Below the pieces are notes generated by a model. That model saw only the letters and a program-made list of their open reading frames with translations, made no database searches and was not told the DNA's origin. A DNA stretch of 64,000 nt, taken from positions 1 to 64,000 of the forward strand of contig CDRNVI010000182.1 of the NCBI GenBank assembly GCA_977017575.1, read 5' to 3'. The stretch is from Paramoeba atlantica. Lineage: Eukaryota > Protista > Discosea. This document shows, one piece after another, positions 27,781-40,027 of this stretch (its first letter is position 1; each line of letters starts with the position of its first letter). Made by a program: the position numbers and the translations under genes.

Positions 27781-29439
27781 CTTTCTTTTCTGTTTCATTC
27801 ATTCTTTTCTTTTTCTGATTTTTCTCTTTCTTCCTCTTTTTTTCCATTCTTTTTCCTTCCTGTTTTTTTTCCTCCTCTATTTTCTTTTTCTTTTTGTTCT
27901 CTTCCTTTCTTTTCTCTCTTTCTTTGTTGTTTCTGCTCCTGCTCTCTTGCTTTTTTGGGGTTCTCTTTGTCTTTTTCCTTCCTTTTCTCTTTCTCTGACC
28001 TCTTCTTTTTTTCCTTCTTTTTCTTTCTCTTGCTCTCCTTCTTGGCTGCGACTCTTTTCCGAGTGAAGTTTTGGGAACCGAAAGTTTTCTGTGCTATCTG
28101 ATTTGAGGGTGCCCAGGATCAAGAGGCATGGCTGTGGCAATCTCAAAAATCTTTTGTTATGTCAGGGGTGGGGAGCAGAGCTTTTGAAGGTGGGGTTTGA
28201 GAGGAAGAGGGGAGAGTGGGTATTGATTCAGATGAAGTGGGAAGTGATTGGTGGTGTGGTTGGTTTGTGGTTTGTTGTTTGTTGTTTTTCAAGGGGGAAA
28301 AAGTCTTTTTTTTTTCTCTTTTTTTCTTTTCTTTTTCTTTTGAAATCTCTTTTTTTTTTCCTTTCCTCCCCTCCCTCCTTTTTTTTTTTTTGTCTTTTTG
28401 TCTTTTTCACTTTGTTTTTGTTTTTCTTTTCTTTCTCTTTCATTCTTCTTCTCTCTTTTGGGATTTTTGAATTCTTTGTTTTTCTTTTGTCTCTCCTTTC
28501 TCCCTTTCTCACCACCACTCTTTCTCTCTTTCTAGAGTGCAAACATGCCCAAAGTTGTGCAGGTAGTGCCATGACAAAGACTTTTTTCTTTTTTTGTTCT
28601 TTTGTTTTGGAGTTGAATTGTTCTGGCCCTTGAAATTGCTCAAAAAAATTATTGTACAACTCTAATTAAGGCAGGTATTTCTTTCAATCCCCAAAATTTT
28701 TTTGGATTTTAAATTCAAAGACCCTCTTCTTGAAACTGATCTTTTTTTTTTTTGAAAAAAGACTCATGAAACCCATAAAGAAGCAATTCTTGAAAGTAGT
28801 GCAAGCTGAGTGTGAATATTGTTAAGGACCAGACCACAAAGCAATGACTTATGCTGGACCATTCATTGTTGTTCCTTCCTTGTCTGAGGAGAAATGGTGA
28901 AGACAATTAAAAAAGGTTTTAGATTGAAAAATTATTAGAGAAGGACTCACCTCCTGGAACCAATGATTGAAACACTGAAAATTGTGAATTGTTGTTGAAC
29001 ATTTTGTTTTGAATGAAAATGGTTGTTTTTCTTTATTGACCCCCAAATTCTTTGATAAAGTTGGGCAATCTGCTTTTGTGGAAGTGGTGGGGAATTTTCT
29101 GGTGGTTTATGAAGTGGTCATGATTGAAACAAGGAAAGCCAACCTACTTGTGGTTATTTTATTTGCTGCCCACCACACATCAAAGCATTTAATAACTTTG
29201 ATCTTTTTGTTGATAAAAGTTCATCATTTGATTGATCTTCCTGAGGAAATTTCATTTCATGACCTCCTTGCTTGCAAAGAAGACTGAGGAGGATGAGGAG
29301 AATGATGAAAAAGGAAAAGAAGAAGAGGAGGAGCAGGTAAGAACTCTTGAACTTGGTGCTGGTGGATTGCAATTCTCTTTCTTCCCTTGATATGGCCCAG
29401 AGAAATATTTCTCCTGCAATTTGAGAATTTTTCTGAATT

Positions 29440-29910
29440 TTTTTGAAAAAAGACCCTACTCTTCCATCACCAACCACAATCCAATAGATTTGTTGTGAAG
29501 GCAGCATCCAATCAAAATTAGAAGTACTACTATGAGTCCAAGAATGAAAATCCTCAACTCTCTCTCATGATGGAAGTTCATTACAAAGACAAAATCTTCT
29601 TTCTGTTGGGATCCAGGGCAAAGGTAGGCATGTTAATTTAGGTATTTGAGAAACAGTTGATCATGATGCCCTGTCAATTGCAAAGGATATTTTTTCTCTT
29701 TTAAATGGTCTCCAAAATCTGACAAAGAAATTCCCTAAAATCCAGTCCTTTTCAGATTCTTTGAGCCTCTCTTCCTTTGAATCTGTGATGGGGGATCATA
29801 CTCCTTCAAACCCAGCAGCAGTTGGAGAATTGAGTCAAATGGCTGGAAAAATCCTTCAGATTCTTGGTTGCCATGCCCATAAATGTGATTTTGTTGAAGA
29901 AGCTTTTTAA
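29440..29910 (+). pseudogene. hAT-like DDE transposase fragment
   Basis: One frame (with stops) gives LPSPTT, TLSHDGSS (first D), VMGDHTPSN (second D) and ILGCHAHKCD (CxxH). Confidence 0.6.
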
Positions 29911-30317
29911 AAGGCCGTAATCAAAAACCTGTCTTCTTGAGTTGAATAAGTTGTTGATGATGATAGTCTTGATTGTGGTGGTGGATCTGACTTATTGATG
30001 AAAGCTCCAACAAGAGTGAAAAATATTCACTCTTCTTCATACTTTCTGTATCAACTTGGAAAACTTACACTGACTTCATTAAACAAGTATGGGCATTCTG
30101 AAAAATTTCAGGTCTGAACAGTACAACATAATTTTATCCACCACTACCTCACACCTCTCCACTCAAATCAGTTTTTAGTTTATTCATACAATAGTTTGAC
30201 TTGTTATCAAGACTTACACTATTAGGAAATGTTTGTGGGGAGTTGTTTACCTTCTTCCACTTGAACATTTGAAATAGAGAATGAACAAGAAATTATTAAA
30301 AGTGATTTTTTTAATAT

Positions 30318-30895
30318 TAATTTTTTTGTAATCTCAATTTCTTAATTAAGTTTCCATATTGAATAAAATGTTTTAATTTATTTTTTAATTCTCTGATATG
30401 TTTTAAATTTATTTTTCATTTTAAAAATATTTTTTAAGTTGATTCAATCAAATTTCTTAATTGTTTTGAATTGATGTATTTGATTTATTTTTTATTTTCT
30501 TTTTTTCACATTAATTTTTTGTAATTTCAATTTCTTAATTATGTCTCCATATTGAATGTAATTTCTTAATTTATTTTCTGATTCTCTGATATTTTTAGAA
30601 CTTATATTTCAGATCTGTGATATTTTTTAAGTTGGTTCAATAAAATTTCTTAATTGTTTTTGGTTGATGTATTTGATTTATTTTTTATTTCATTTTTTTC
30701 ATATTATTTTTTTGTAATTTCAATTTCTTAATTATATCTCCATATTGAATGCAATTCCTTAATTTATTTTCTGATTCTGTGATATTTTTAGAACTTATTT
30801 TTCAGATCTATGATATTTTTTAAGTTGGTTCAATCAAATTTCTTAATTGTTTTGAATTGATGTATTTGATTTATTTTTTATTTTCTTTTTTATCA
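30318..30895. repeat. Three tandem ~193-bp AT-rich repeats
   Basis: Units start ~30318, 30512, 30705 and share TGTAAT(C/T)TCAATTTCTTAATTA, CCATATTGAAT and TTGATGTATTTGATTTA. Confidence 0.85.
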
Positions 30896-32049
30896 AAAAT
30901 TTTTTTCTCTTTTTTGAATATTTAAAATCTTATTTTTTTAAAAAATATAAAAATTAAATTGAGAAAAATATTTTTTTTTTAGCTAAATAAAGAAAATTAG
31001 TTTTGTCTCTGAAATTGATTTTAGTTTTTTGTTTATTTTTGTTGGTTTTTGTTTAATTGCTTTATTTCACCTAAATTCAAAAACAAGAATTTATTATCTT
31101 CTTTCATAAAAAAAAAAAAAATCTTTTGCCCTTCTTGTTGAAGTAATTTCATTGTAAAATTTAAAACTTCTAGTTCATGAATACATTTTTTTTTCTAAAA
31201 CCTTTGAATAAGAAAAGTTAACTCTTTGTTAAACTTTAATAAAGTAATATTATTGTTTTTATAAAAAATTAATTCTTAATAGTCCAAATGAAAAAGAATG
31301 AATAATAACTTTTACAAATGTAAGTTGTTTTTTTCAAATTAACTAACAACAAAACAGAAAACTTTCCAAAACCTGGGGTAACTTGTTTTTTAGAGTGAAA
31401 TCAAAGATGTGAAAACACTTTACAAAGATTGAACCTTTTCAAATTGATAAAATTGTTAAATATATGTAAAAATGTAATGGAAACCAAGTTTCATTGATCC
31501 AAACCACCCTCAAAGATTGGATTAATACCACTTTCTTAAAAGCAATTTTTTTCACTTGAATTTATTCCTTTGTTTAGAGTGAAAAACAACTTTTTCTTAT
31601 TGATTTAGAGCCACTTGAGGCAGAGAGGTACAGTTTGTTTGAAGAAAAACTGAAACAAAATGTAAAAGAATTGCAAGAAAAGATTGATGCTGCTCACTTT
31701 CAATTGATCATGAATATTAATGAAACTGATTTTAATTACAAAAAAGATACTAAAAAACTCAAGGTTGTTTTAATACATAATTGCTCCTATATATATTATT
31801 CCTCTTGAAATGAATTCTATATCACTTTAATGCTCATAGTTAGTATTATTGAATGGAATCTTTCAATTTTTACAATTATCAAAACAATATCCTTTGTTTC
31901 AAACTTAGAGGTAATGTAGAATCTCTCAGTGAATGAGTGGTGTTATGTAATATCATTTTCATCACCAAATATCAATAATAAGTTATTTTCTTATTGAATT
32001 GATAAAATTTTTATTCTAAAAGTGATTATAAGATGTTGATTTTTAGAGT

Positions 32050-34560
32050 TCAAAGATAATACCAAAGCTTTTCTTATCTTAAATAGTTGTTTTGCTTATA
32101 ATGTTACAAACCTTCAAGCCTTAACTTGTAATTTCACAAAGTAATTCATTTAAAGTATAATTTTTTCTAGTATAGGTTTTGAACATTACTTTGGTAAGAA
32201 TTATACAATCTCCAACAATCATAATCTCTTTTATCATTGATTTAACACTTTGTATCCCTCTCAAACAGCCTGTAAATTCACCAATATTGTTAAAGCCAAA
32301 AGAAATGGTTTCAAACCCACCACATATCTCTCTTTCTTTCCTGAAAACTGCAAAACCTACACCCCCTAAATGAGGGTTTGTATGTCCTGAACTATTATAA
32401 AACATTTAAAAGTCTTTGAATTTAAAACTTTTCTTTTCTTTAGATTCTTTCTTGATTTGAGTCCTTAGAGGCCAAGGGAGGATTTTATTCTTTCTCAGGA
32501 TTTTTTTGAAAATTTTTTTAGTATATTAGACTGATTTAGTTCCTTTTGCATACACTGTGAGCCACAAACTCAGCAGGGCAGCACTCACCACAGAGGTTTC
32601 TTGCTTGGTAAGATACTTTGAGATAAGGCCACACACTCTTAGTTTCTTGCCAGTTGAGTACTTTCAGCAAAATACATTTCCTTCCCCTTGCTTGAAGAAG
32701 ACCCTCAGCCACAGAGCATTTTTCCAGTAGATGAAATCATAACTCCTTTTCTCAGTGGCAGCTAAGCAACAACTTGAATCTTAGTTTGAGAAGTGAGACA
32801 ACTTGTTTCTTGTAGATAGCTCTTTTATTAGGAATTTAAGTAAATTCCTCTTGAGCTGAGGTCTAATTGCATGAGTCAAGTTGTACACCACACACTCAGC
32901 TCTTCCTTCCCCCACATACAAGTCTTTGATTTCAATTGGAATCATTTGAGACATATTGGTATATACAACACAAGTGGCTTGGCCAAACACAACTTTGGAA
33001 GAAAGGCTTTGGGATGCAATGAAAGCATCCTTCTGCATAGCTCCAATGGAGAGAGGACTCTGATAGTCACTCCTTATTGGTGGACAAGAGGTGAAAAGAG
33101 CCCAATTAAAAACAATGGAGTGGTGTAGTTGAGGATTTGAGTCCAAAGGGGATAGCATAAAGTAAGAACAGAGGTTTTAGTGTTGGCATGGCACCCAGGG
33201 CTAAGCAGATGGATTTCCACATCAAAGAGGTGACAGATTTTAGGATCAACTTGAATCTCACTAAGTATTCCATACATGGAGTTAGATAGGTATTGACCAT
33301 CTTCACTCTTGAGCAAAAATTCCCACCTCTCTTTTTAATTGCTGTTCCAACTTTCTTCATCTTTTGGACCACAGTGAACGACCTCCTGACTCCACACCAG
33401 ACACACAGTCACTCTGACACACAGAGAACAATAGACTCAAGAATGGTCTTCAAGCGCTTTTTTTATTCTGAAACTCCCAAGTGAGTTTCTTTCTCTTTCT
33501 CTTCTTCAGCTAATATCTGAACTCTACAAGTTCATAATTCTTCTCCTTCTTGAGCTTCATCTTTCACTGAATTCCCCTGGGGCTAAACTAGCACCCTGTG
33601 CACAACCACCTTTTCCCAATCTTTGAGAGGAAATAACCATTTACTCAATCTCACTCCCAGTTTCATCACCACAGTAATTGGGTCTTGCCATCTCAGACCA
33701 GGGGCCTACTGGTTTGTAAGACTCAGTTGAGAGGTCAAAGCACTTATTAAAGTTCAGTTTAGCTCCAGTCACTTCTTCATATTTCTTAAAGGTTGGAGTG
33801 AGAGAATTAATGGTTTCAGCTCACTGAAGCACCATCCTCAAATCATCCATAAAGCCTGGCAGATCTTGGGGGTTGTGTTTCTTCTTCAAACTCACAAGGA
33901 AGATGTTAAACACAATCACAAACAATAGAGGGGAGATTGAGCATCCTTGTCTAACTCCTGTCCATCTTTGAATTGATTCTTTGGTGCCTGCCCTCTTGGA
34001 TCCACCAATATTTGGCAGCCAAGTTACATATTCACAAAGGACTTTCTCAACAACATAGATTGCTTGAGGGGGGTGTTCAAACCTTTGAGAATATGAAGGA
34101 GTGCATCACAATTCACATAATCATATGCCTTGCAAAAGTCTGTTTGGAGGAGAGTCACATCTTTCCCCTCTGCCAAAGCTTTGTAAAAAGAGTCATATAC
34201 TGATTCTACTGCTTCATCAATTGATTTCCTGAAAATCCATAACCTCACCTGCTTGTTGAATTAGTTCTACCCACATATCAAAGTACTTCTCTTGTGTTGC
34301 CTTATACAAAGAGAAGGGAATACCATCAGGTCCTGTGCTGGTGTTGTTGGTTCTCTGAAGTAGTTTATTGACTTTCTTCCTGTCCACATCATGTTTCTCA
34401 ACTGGGGGGAAATGAGGTTGGTGGTCAGCAATCAGTTCATCAAGAGAATCTTTGTTATATGGTCTTTCTGTGCTGAGAAGACCCTCCCAAAAATCCTTAA
34501 TTGCTTTTTTAACCACATTATCATCATGAGAGATCACCCCATCCATGATTACATGTTGCT
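32050..34560 (-). mobile_element. Decayed 5'-truncated L1/Tx1-like non-LTR retrotransposon with RT, zinc knuckle and C-terminal RNase H
   Basis: STGPDGIP, TDFCKAYDYV, GVRQGCSISPLLF, FMDD; CGEC-x8-H; RNase H-like FYNSSGHTNP..GGVG..NNIGEF..IVGDC at 32121-32405. Confidence 0.8.
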
Positions 34561-34599
34561 TTTAATAAAAAAATAAAGACCATCTTTGCTCCAAGTTAA

Positions 34600-34900
34600 C
34601 AGATCTGTCAGGTCTGTCTGAATGAGTGTATAGTGGTGTGGTTCTACAAATTGACTTCTAGTTGAATGTTTATTCAGAAAGAAACCATATTTTTTTGGAA
34701 ATGAACATCATATAATTGGTTGAGGGGAGACTAGAGTGATATTTTTTCTTGAAATTGTCAAGGGAAAGTTCCATCCTCTTAAAATTCCTGAAATGGGCTT
34801 GTTCAAGTTTCAACCTCTATCAGGTTTTGGAGTGAAAACTGTTGGTTTAATGCTTTACATGAGAGTGGACTTAAGCTGCACTTGCAATCATAGTGTTTTT
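34600..34900 (+). pseudogene. Second, more decayed piggyBac-like transposase fragment
   Basis: Homologous to 38550-38830 (QVCLDE.., ETRVIFFLEIV, MGLxKFQPxSG.G.KTVGLML), opposite orientation. Confidence 0.75.
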
Positions 34901-37489
34901 AGGATTGAAGTGACTTCAAATATTCCTTTTGAGCCTTCAAAAAAAATCTAATGTTATATCCATATGTTCACTCTTGTGGTCTCTTTTCTGATTTGTTTGT
35001 TTTTTGGTTGAATGAAGATGGTGAAGGTTGAAGAAATGGAACAAAAAAGAAAAAGAAAAAGGAAAAAAAGTGTGTGTTTATTATTCTTTTGATGATTGGA
35101 TTGTTTGATTTGAAAGAAAAGGTTATGCATAGAAGTTGAAGGTGATGATGTTGTGAAAGGGAAAAAAAGAACCTGTTTTGTCAATTGATCCAAACAGAAA
35201 CTCTTTCACCAGAGACTCCCATTCCTGGATGTATTCTCAGTGATCTTGACTTGACACTGATTGTTTGAAGAAACTCTGATTCAAGTTCTTCTTCTTCTTC
35301 TTCTTCATTGTTTGGGTCAATGCAACCTGATGTAAGCTTATGAAGAAAACACTGATCACAGTAATCTTCAATGTCTTTGGCTGAACATTGGAAAACTTTT
35401 GAAAGTGAAAAGAATTGGCCAGGGACACAAGACTTGGTCCTCCCTCATCTCAACTTATGGCAACATATAGCTTTTGAAATGTTCTCAAGTAATTGCATGA
35501 ATCTGGTCCAGTGGTTTGCTCAATCTGATCAAACCCCTCCACCACCCAAAAGGAAAAGAGAAGAGGAAATCAACCTCCAAGCAGCAAAGAAGCAAATGCT
35601 GACACAACTCAATGAAATGATTGAGAATTGTAAGGACCTTGATGAACTCAAAAGAAAATTGGACAAACAAAAATGATCCAACTGTTGCTATTTATCATGA
35701 GCAAGATGACAGTTTCACTCTCATCATTGGAGCTCTGGAAAGAGATTTGTTTTGAAACTTTGCTCCCCTGCTCAAACCAGACAAGAGTCATCAGAAAACA
35801 TGAGTCAACTTGCTCCCTCAACAAACAGTCATCATTTTGGGTCTGAGGTGTTGCATGGGTCAACTTGTTCTCTAGTGTGCACTCCAAGAGCCCACATCAC
35901 TCAAGGTTTCAGCATTGGCCAAAACACTGAGTATGCAATTGATAGGTCAACTTTATATAAGACATTTGTTAATGCATTGATGGGTCAACTTTCAATTTCA
36001 GTCTCAAACACCAGGCCACTCAAGTGGTGATGCTCTCACTGAACCTTATTTGGAATGGAGGAGGATGTTGAGTGCACACACCCATGCCAAAACCAAATGT
36101 AGGGCACAAAAGAGTCACCCAAAAGATTAATGCTTTATCTGAGCAAGACTTAGTTTGAATAACTGATGAACAAACTCCTAAAGAGAGGGGTAAGGACAAG
36201 CAGAGATATTGGAGAGGAGACAAAGCAATAAACCTGAATTGAACAAATGGCTGATTCATTTTGTAAACAAATGAGAAATCTTCTCTTGAATGGAATATTA
36301 TCAGAATCAAAAATAAAAGCAAAGAATAATCAATTTTGAATTTCCAATCTTGTGTCCACAAGTTCATCTTGCATGATCTGACATCTTTAAAGTAAATTAA
36401 AAACCAGAGGAGAAGAAGGCAAAGAAGAAGGAAGGGGTAAGACAAGAGTGGATGAGGGGCAAAATGGGGCACACAGGAGATGGACAAAAAGCGCACATAT
36501 CATCAGAAGGAATGCAATATCTCAAAAGATATCCTTGATCAAAGAATCTAAGCACTTTCTGCACATAAAAAGCACTCTTGTACCTCATCATTGTAGTCAC
36601 CATGATCAAATTCATGCAACATGGTGTGGAAGACCAGCTTGTGGAATTAATGAGGGGAATAGGGGGAAATGGAGAAAGAGAATTTAGGACTTGAGAAAGA
36701 AATAAAAGAGAGAGAGAGACACATGAGAATGGAAAGGATGAGAAAGTGAAATTTGATTTAGGAGAAATCTTCAATCCTATCAACAAGAACAGAAGAAAAT
36801 GATTCTCTAACACCAACTTTAGGAAATCCAAGGATCTTGAGAGGTGGATGTTATCAAATGAGGAGGTTCAAGGAGATTTCAAAGAAAGTGATGAAGAAAT
36901 ATGAACCCAAAAGGAGCAAACTAGTAATGCCAATCAGCTCAGTTGGCCAAAAGGATGAATATTTCCCCCCTTAATAAGGGTCACTGAGATCCCAGGGGAT
37001 GCAAGGGGGGGTTTGAATATTGAGACCTTTTGTCAAGCCACCTTTTGGGCAGTTAAGAGGAAGCAGCCAAGAACCTATTTGAATGTTGAATTGACCCAAT
37101 TGGTTCAGATTGCAATCAGAAAGAAAAGAAGATGGAAGATTGAGATCAAAATAAATAAGGGGGGGGGTTTTGGAGTTGGCTTGAGAAACTCTACTCCAAA
37201 AGGGGAAAAGACCAAAACCAAGAATAATCAAGAGGGATAAACAATGGAAAAGAAGCCAGAGAAAGTACTCAAGAAGTATGCAAAGGAACAGAACAAAGAG
37301 GAGACTTCACCAACAGCAGCATCTCCAGCCTTTTTGTACCAAAGAGAAAGATTGATCTGAGATATGTGAACCACACAGCACAAAAACTGTGAGACTCTGG
37401 GAGAAATGTTTCACCATCTTCCAAAAGAAAAGGAAAAACCAGAAAAAAAGAAAAAACCAGAAAAACCAGAAAAAAAACAAATAAAATTG

Positions 37490-40027
37490 TTAAACTCTCC
37501 AGAAAATCAGGTTCCTTCCAGGCCAAAAGACTAATTAGGCCCCTATTTTTGACTCTTTTTTTGAAGCCACTGGTGGGTGGAGGGGAGATTTTTTTTGATA
37601 AACTTTTTAATAAAGATCTTTTAAACAAGAATATCAAGAAATATTTGTCCAAATATTGTTTTTTGAAAAAAAAAATTGAGTCACCAAAAAAAAAAAAACA
37701 TCATTTTTCAAAAGGACTAATTAGTCCTCAGTCATGTGCCTGCTCATATGGTCAGCAAAGCAACCTGAACAAAAAATGAGTGTTTGATCACAGGAGCAAT
37801 AGGTTCGAACTTTCTTTGTACAATTTGTCCCATTGCATCCTACTCTTCTGGTACTCTTGTCTGGCTCCAGTCCAATTACCATTTCACCAAACTCCAGCAA
37901 AGTTGGGCTTGATCATCAGATGATGTTCTACATGAGTTGGGAGTGGTATTCGCAGGTTATAGCCTTCATCCAAGAGATGATTCTGAGAGAGTAGACCTTG
38001 GGCAACCTCAAAACGAAATTCTGCAAAGGAGAGCTCTTTGGCTCAGGGGAAAAAGTGCTGAAATATGAGGAAGGCATTGACTTCCACAACTACAAGAATG
38101 AAAGCAAACTGCCTGTGGACCCATTTTTTGGTCTTCCAGGAACTCTCCAAGGAGAGAGAACCTTGCCTCAGTTGGTTGTGATCATCCACACAATGCCTGG
38201 TTTGATAGTAAAAGTCAAGAGGCTGAGTATATCACAGGGAGAGTCTTTGGCCTTCAAGCTTGTGATTTCATGGGCAACCAGTGGGAAAAGAAGTTCCCCA
38301 GGTATTAATCATTATAGAAGAGTGATGAACATCTTGGAAAGCCTCCACATAGAATTTATAACCTCTCAGAGATCCTTTCTTCACTTTCACACATAACCAG
38401 GTTCCTTCTCCTTGAGGTGTGCAACAATCTCTTCCCCTGGAATTCCTTTGGGCCAATATCGTTTTTTCTTCACAACTGAAGTACAATACAATCCCTTCTC
38501 AAAGAAGTTGAATACAACCTTCCAACACACAAAAACCACTATCCAAAGCAACTACTCGACCAGTTCCCCAAATTCCCTCAGTCATTCTAAGCATTAAACC
38601 AACAGTTTTCGCTCCAGAACCAGATGGAGGTTGAAACTTGGGCAGGCCCATTTCAGGAGGATGGGACTTTCCTTCCACAATTTCAAGAAAGAATATCACT
38701 CTAGTCTCCCCACAACCAATTGTATAATATTCATTTCCAAAAGGATGAGGTTCCCTCTGAACAAACATCCAACCAGGAGCCCATTTACAGAACCACACCA
38801 CCATAGACTCATCCAGACAGACCTGCCAACTTGGAACAAAGATGGTCTTCATCTTTTCGTTAAAAGCAGCAATCAGGGGTCGAATTTCCCACATACGGTC
38901 TGTGTAAGAGGGTTTTGCAGAGAGAGGAGCAAGTTTAAGAGAGGAGACAATCATATCAAACCGATTTCTACTGATATATTTCCCAAGATAAGGCAGTGTA
39001 CCATGCAAGGAAGATCCAGCTGAATCCTTTGAAATTCGAAAAAAATCCCTTCTTTTATGTCCTGGGTAGAAAGACATAATCTGGCACAAGGCAATAAAAT
39101 CAAGCATTTCAGCTTCAGTGAAGTTCAAAGAATGGTTAAACTCATTTTTGTTGCTTTCAGCACATCAGTTTTTAGAAAGGTTAGAGGCAGAACTTGGAGA
39201 AAAATATTGAGGGGAGTGGGGACATAAACAGCATCAAAGCGAATTCTTGTACAGGCCTTGAAGTCTTGTGCTCCTATCACAGCACGAGCATCAGTTGTTG
39301 AGGAAGACCACTCAGAAACACAAAGGAAAGATCATTTTCAACGAGTTCTGCTGCATTGTCTTCCCCTTCCTCCTCAATATCAGAGCAAGATTCAGTATCT
39401 TCATCATCAGTATCAGATGAGCCCAAAACAGGCACAGAGGTTGTTGATGCCTGGGATGAACCAGAACTTGATCCTCCTGAGCCAGAAGAGGATGATGAAG
39501 ATGAAGATGGATGAGTTGAAGTCCCACAACCCTCTGAGACATCCGCTTCTCCAACAAACTTCAAATTTTCAGGGAGAGCCAGAAGGTAATCATTCTGGAA
39601 GACAGGAGAACAAAGCAAAACTACCATCTGAGATTTCCTGTCATAGTTCTGAAGTTCCACCCTTTTTACCCTGAGTGAAGAGAGAGATGCTCCTTGATAT
39701 TGGTCACCAAAATGTTTCCTTAGAAGATGAGAAGGGCAAAGGTTCACAGCTTTGCAGAACCAAATAGTATCCTCCTTCAATTCTTCAATTCTTGGAGAAG
39801 TTGATCCAGAACTCATTTTTCTCACCACTGTAACTTTTTTCATTCAGACTTTCTGAGAAAGGCATTGTGATGAAAATCAAGAAAAAACCTCAAAGAAACA
39901 CAAAAGAAAGTCAAAAAAAAAAAAAAGTTCAAAAATGTGCTTTATTTTGGCCAACAAACAGGAGCCTAATTAGGCCCAAAAAGACTAATTAGGCCCCCCT
40001 GGAAGGAACCTGAGAGAATATTGTTAA
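37490..40027 (-). mobile_element. piggyBac-like DNA transposon (DDE_Tnp_1_7-type transposase, frameshifted)
   Basis: Perfect 16-bp inverted repeats TCAGGTTCCTTCCAGG (37507-37522 and 39998-40013) with TTAA 13 and 10 nt outside them; CLDESMV, ALDSGF, KKKRYWPK and a C-terminal Cys-rich domain; ORF ~39843 to ~37724. Confidence 0.8.

Noticed and set aside
35371-37400. Coding-like fragments between the two piggyBac-like pieces (also 11250-12400, 44900-45900, 47000-48620)
   Set aside because: They look like decayed genes, but no family motif was recognisable, so no call is supportable without a database search.
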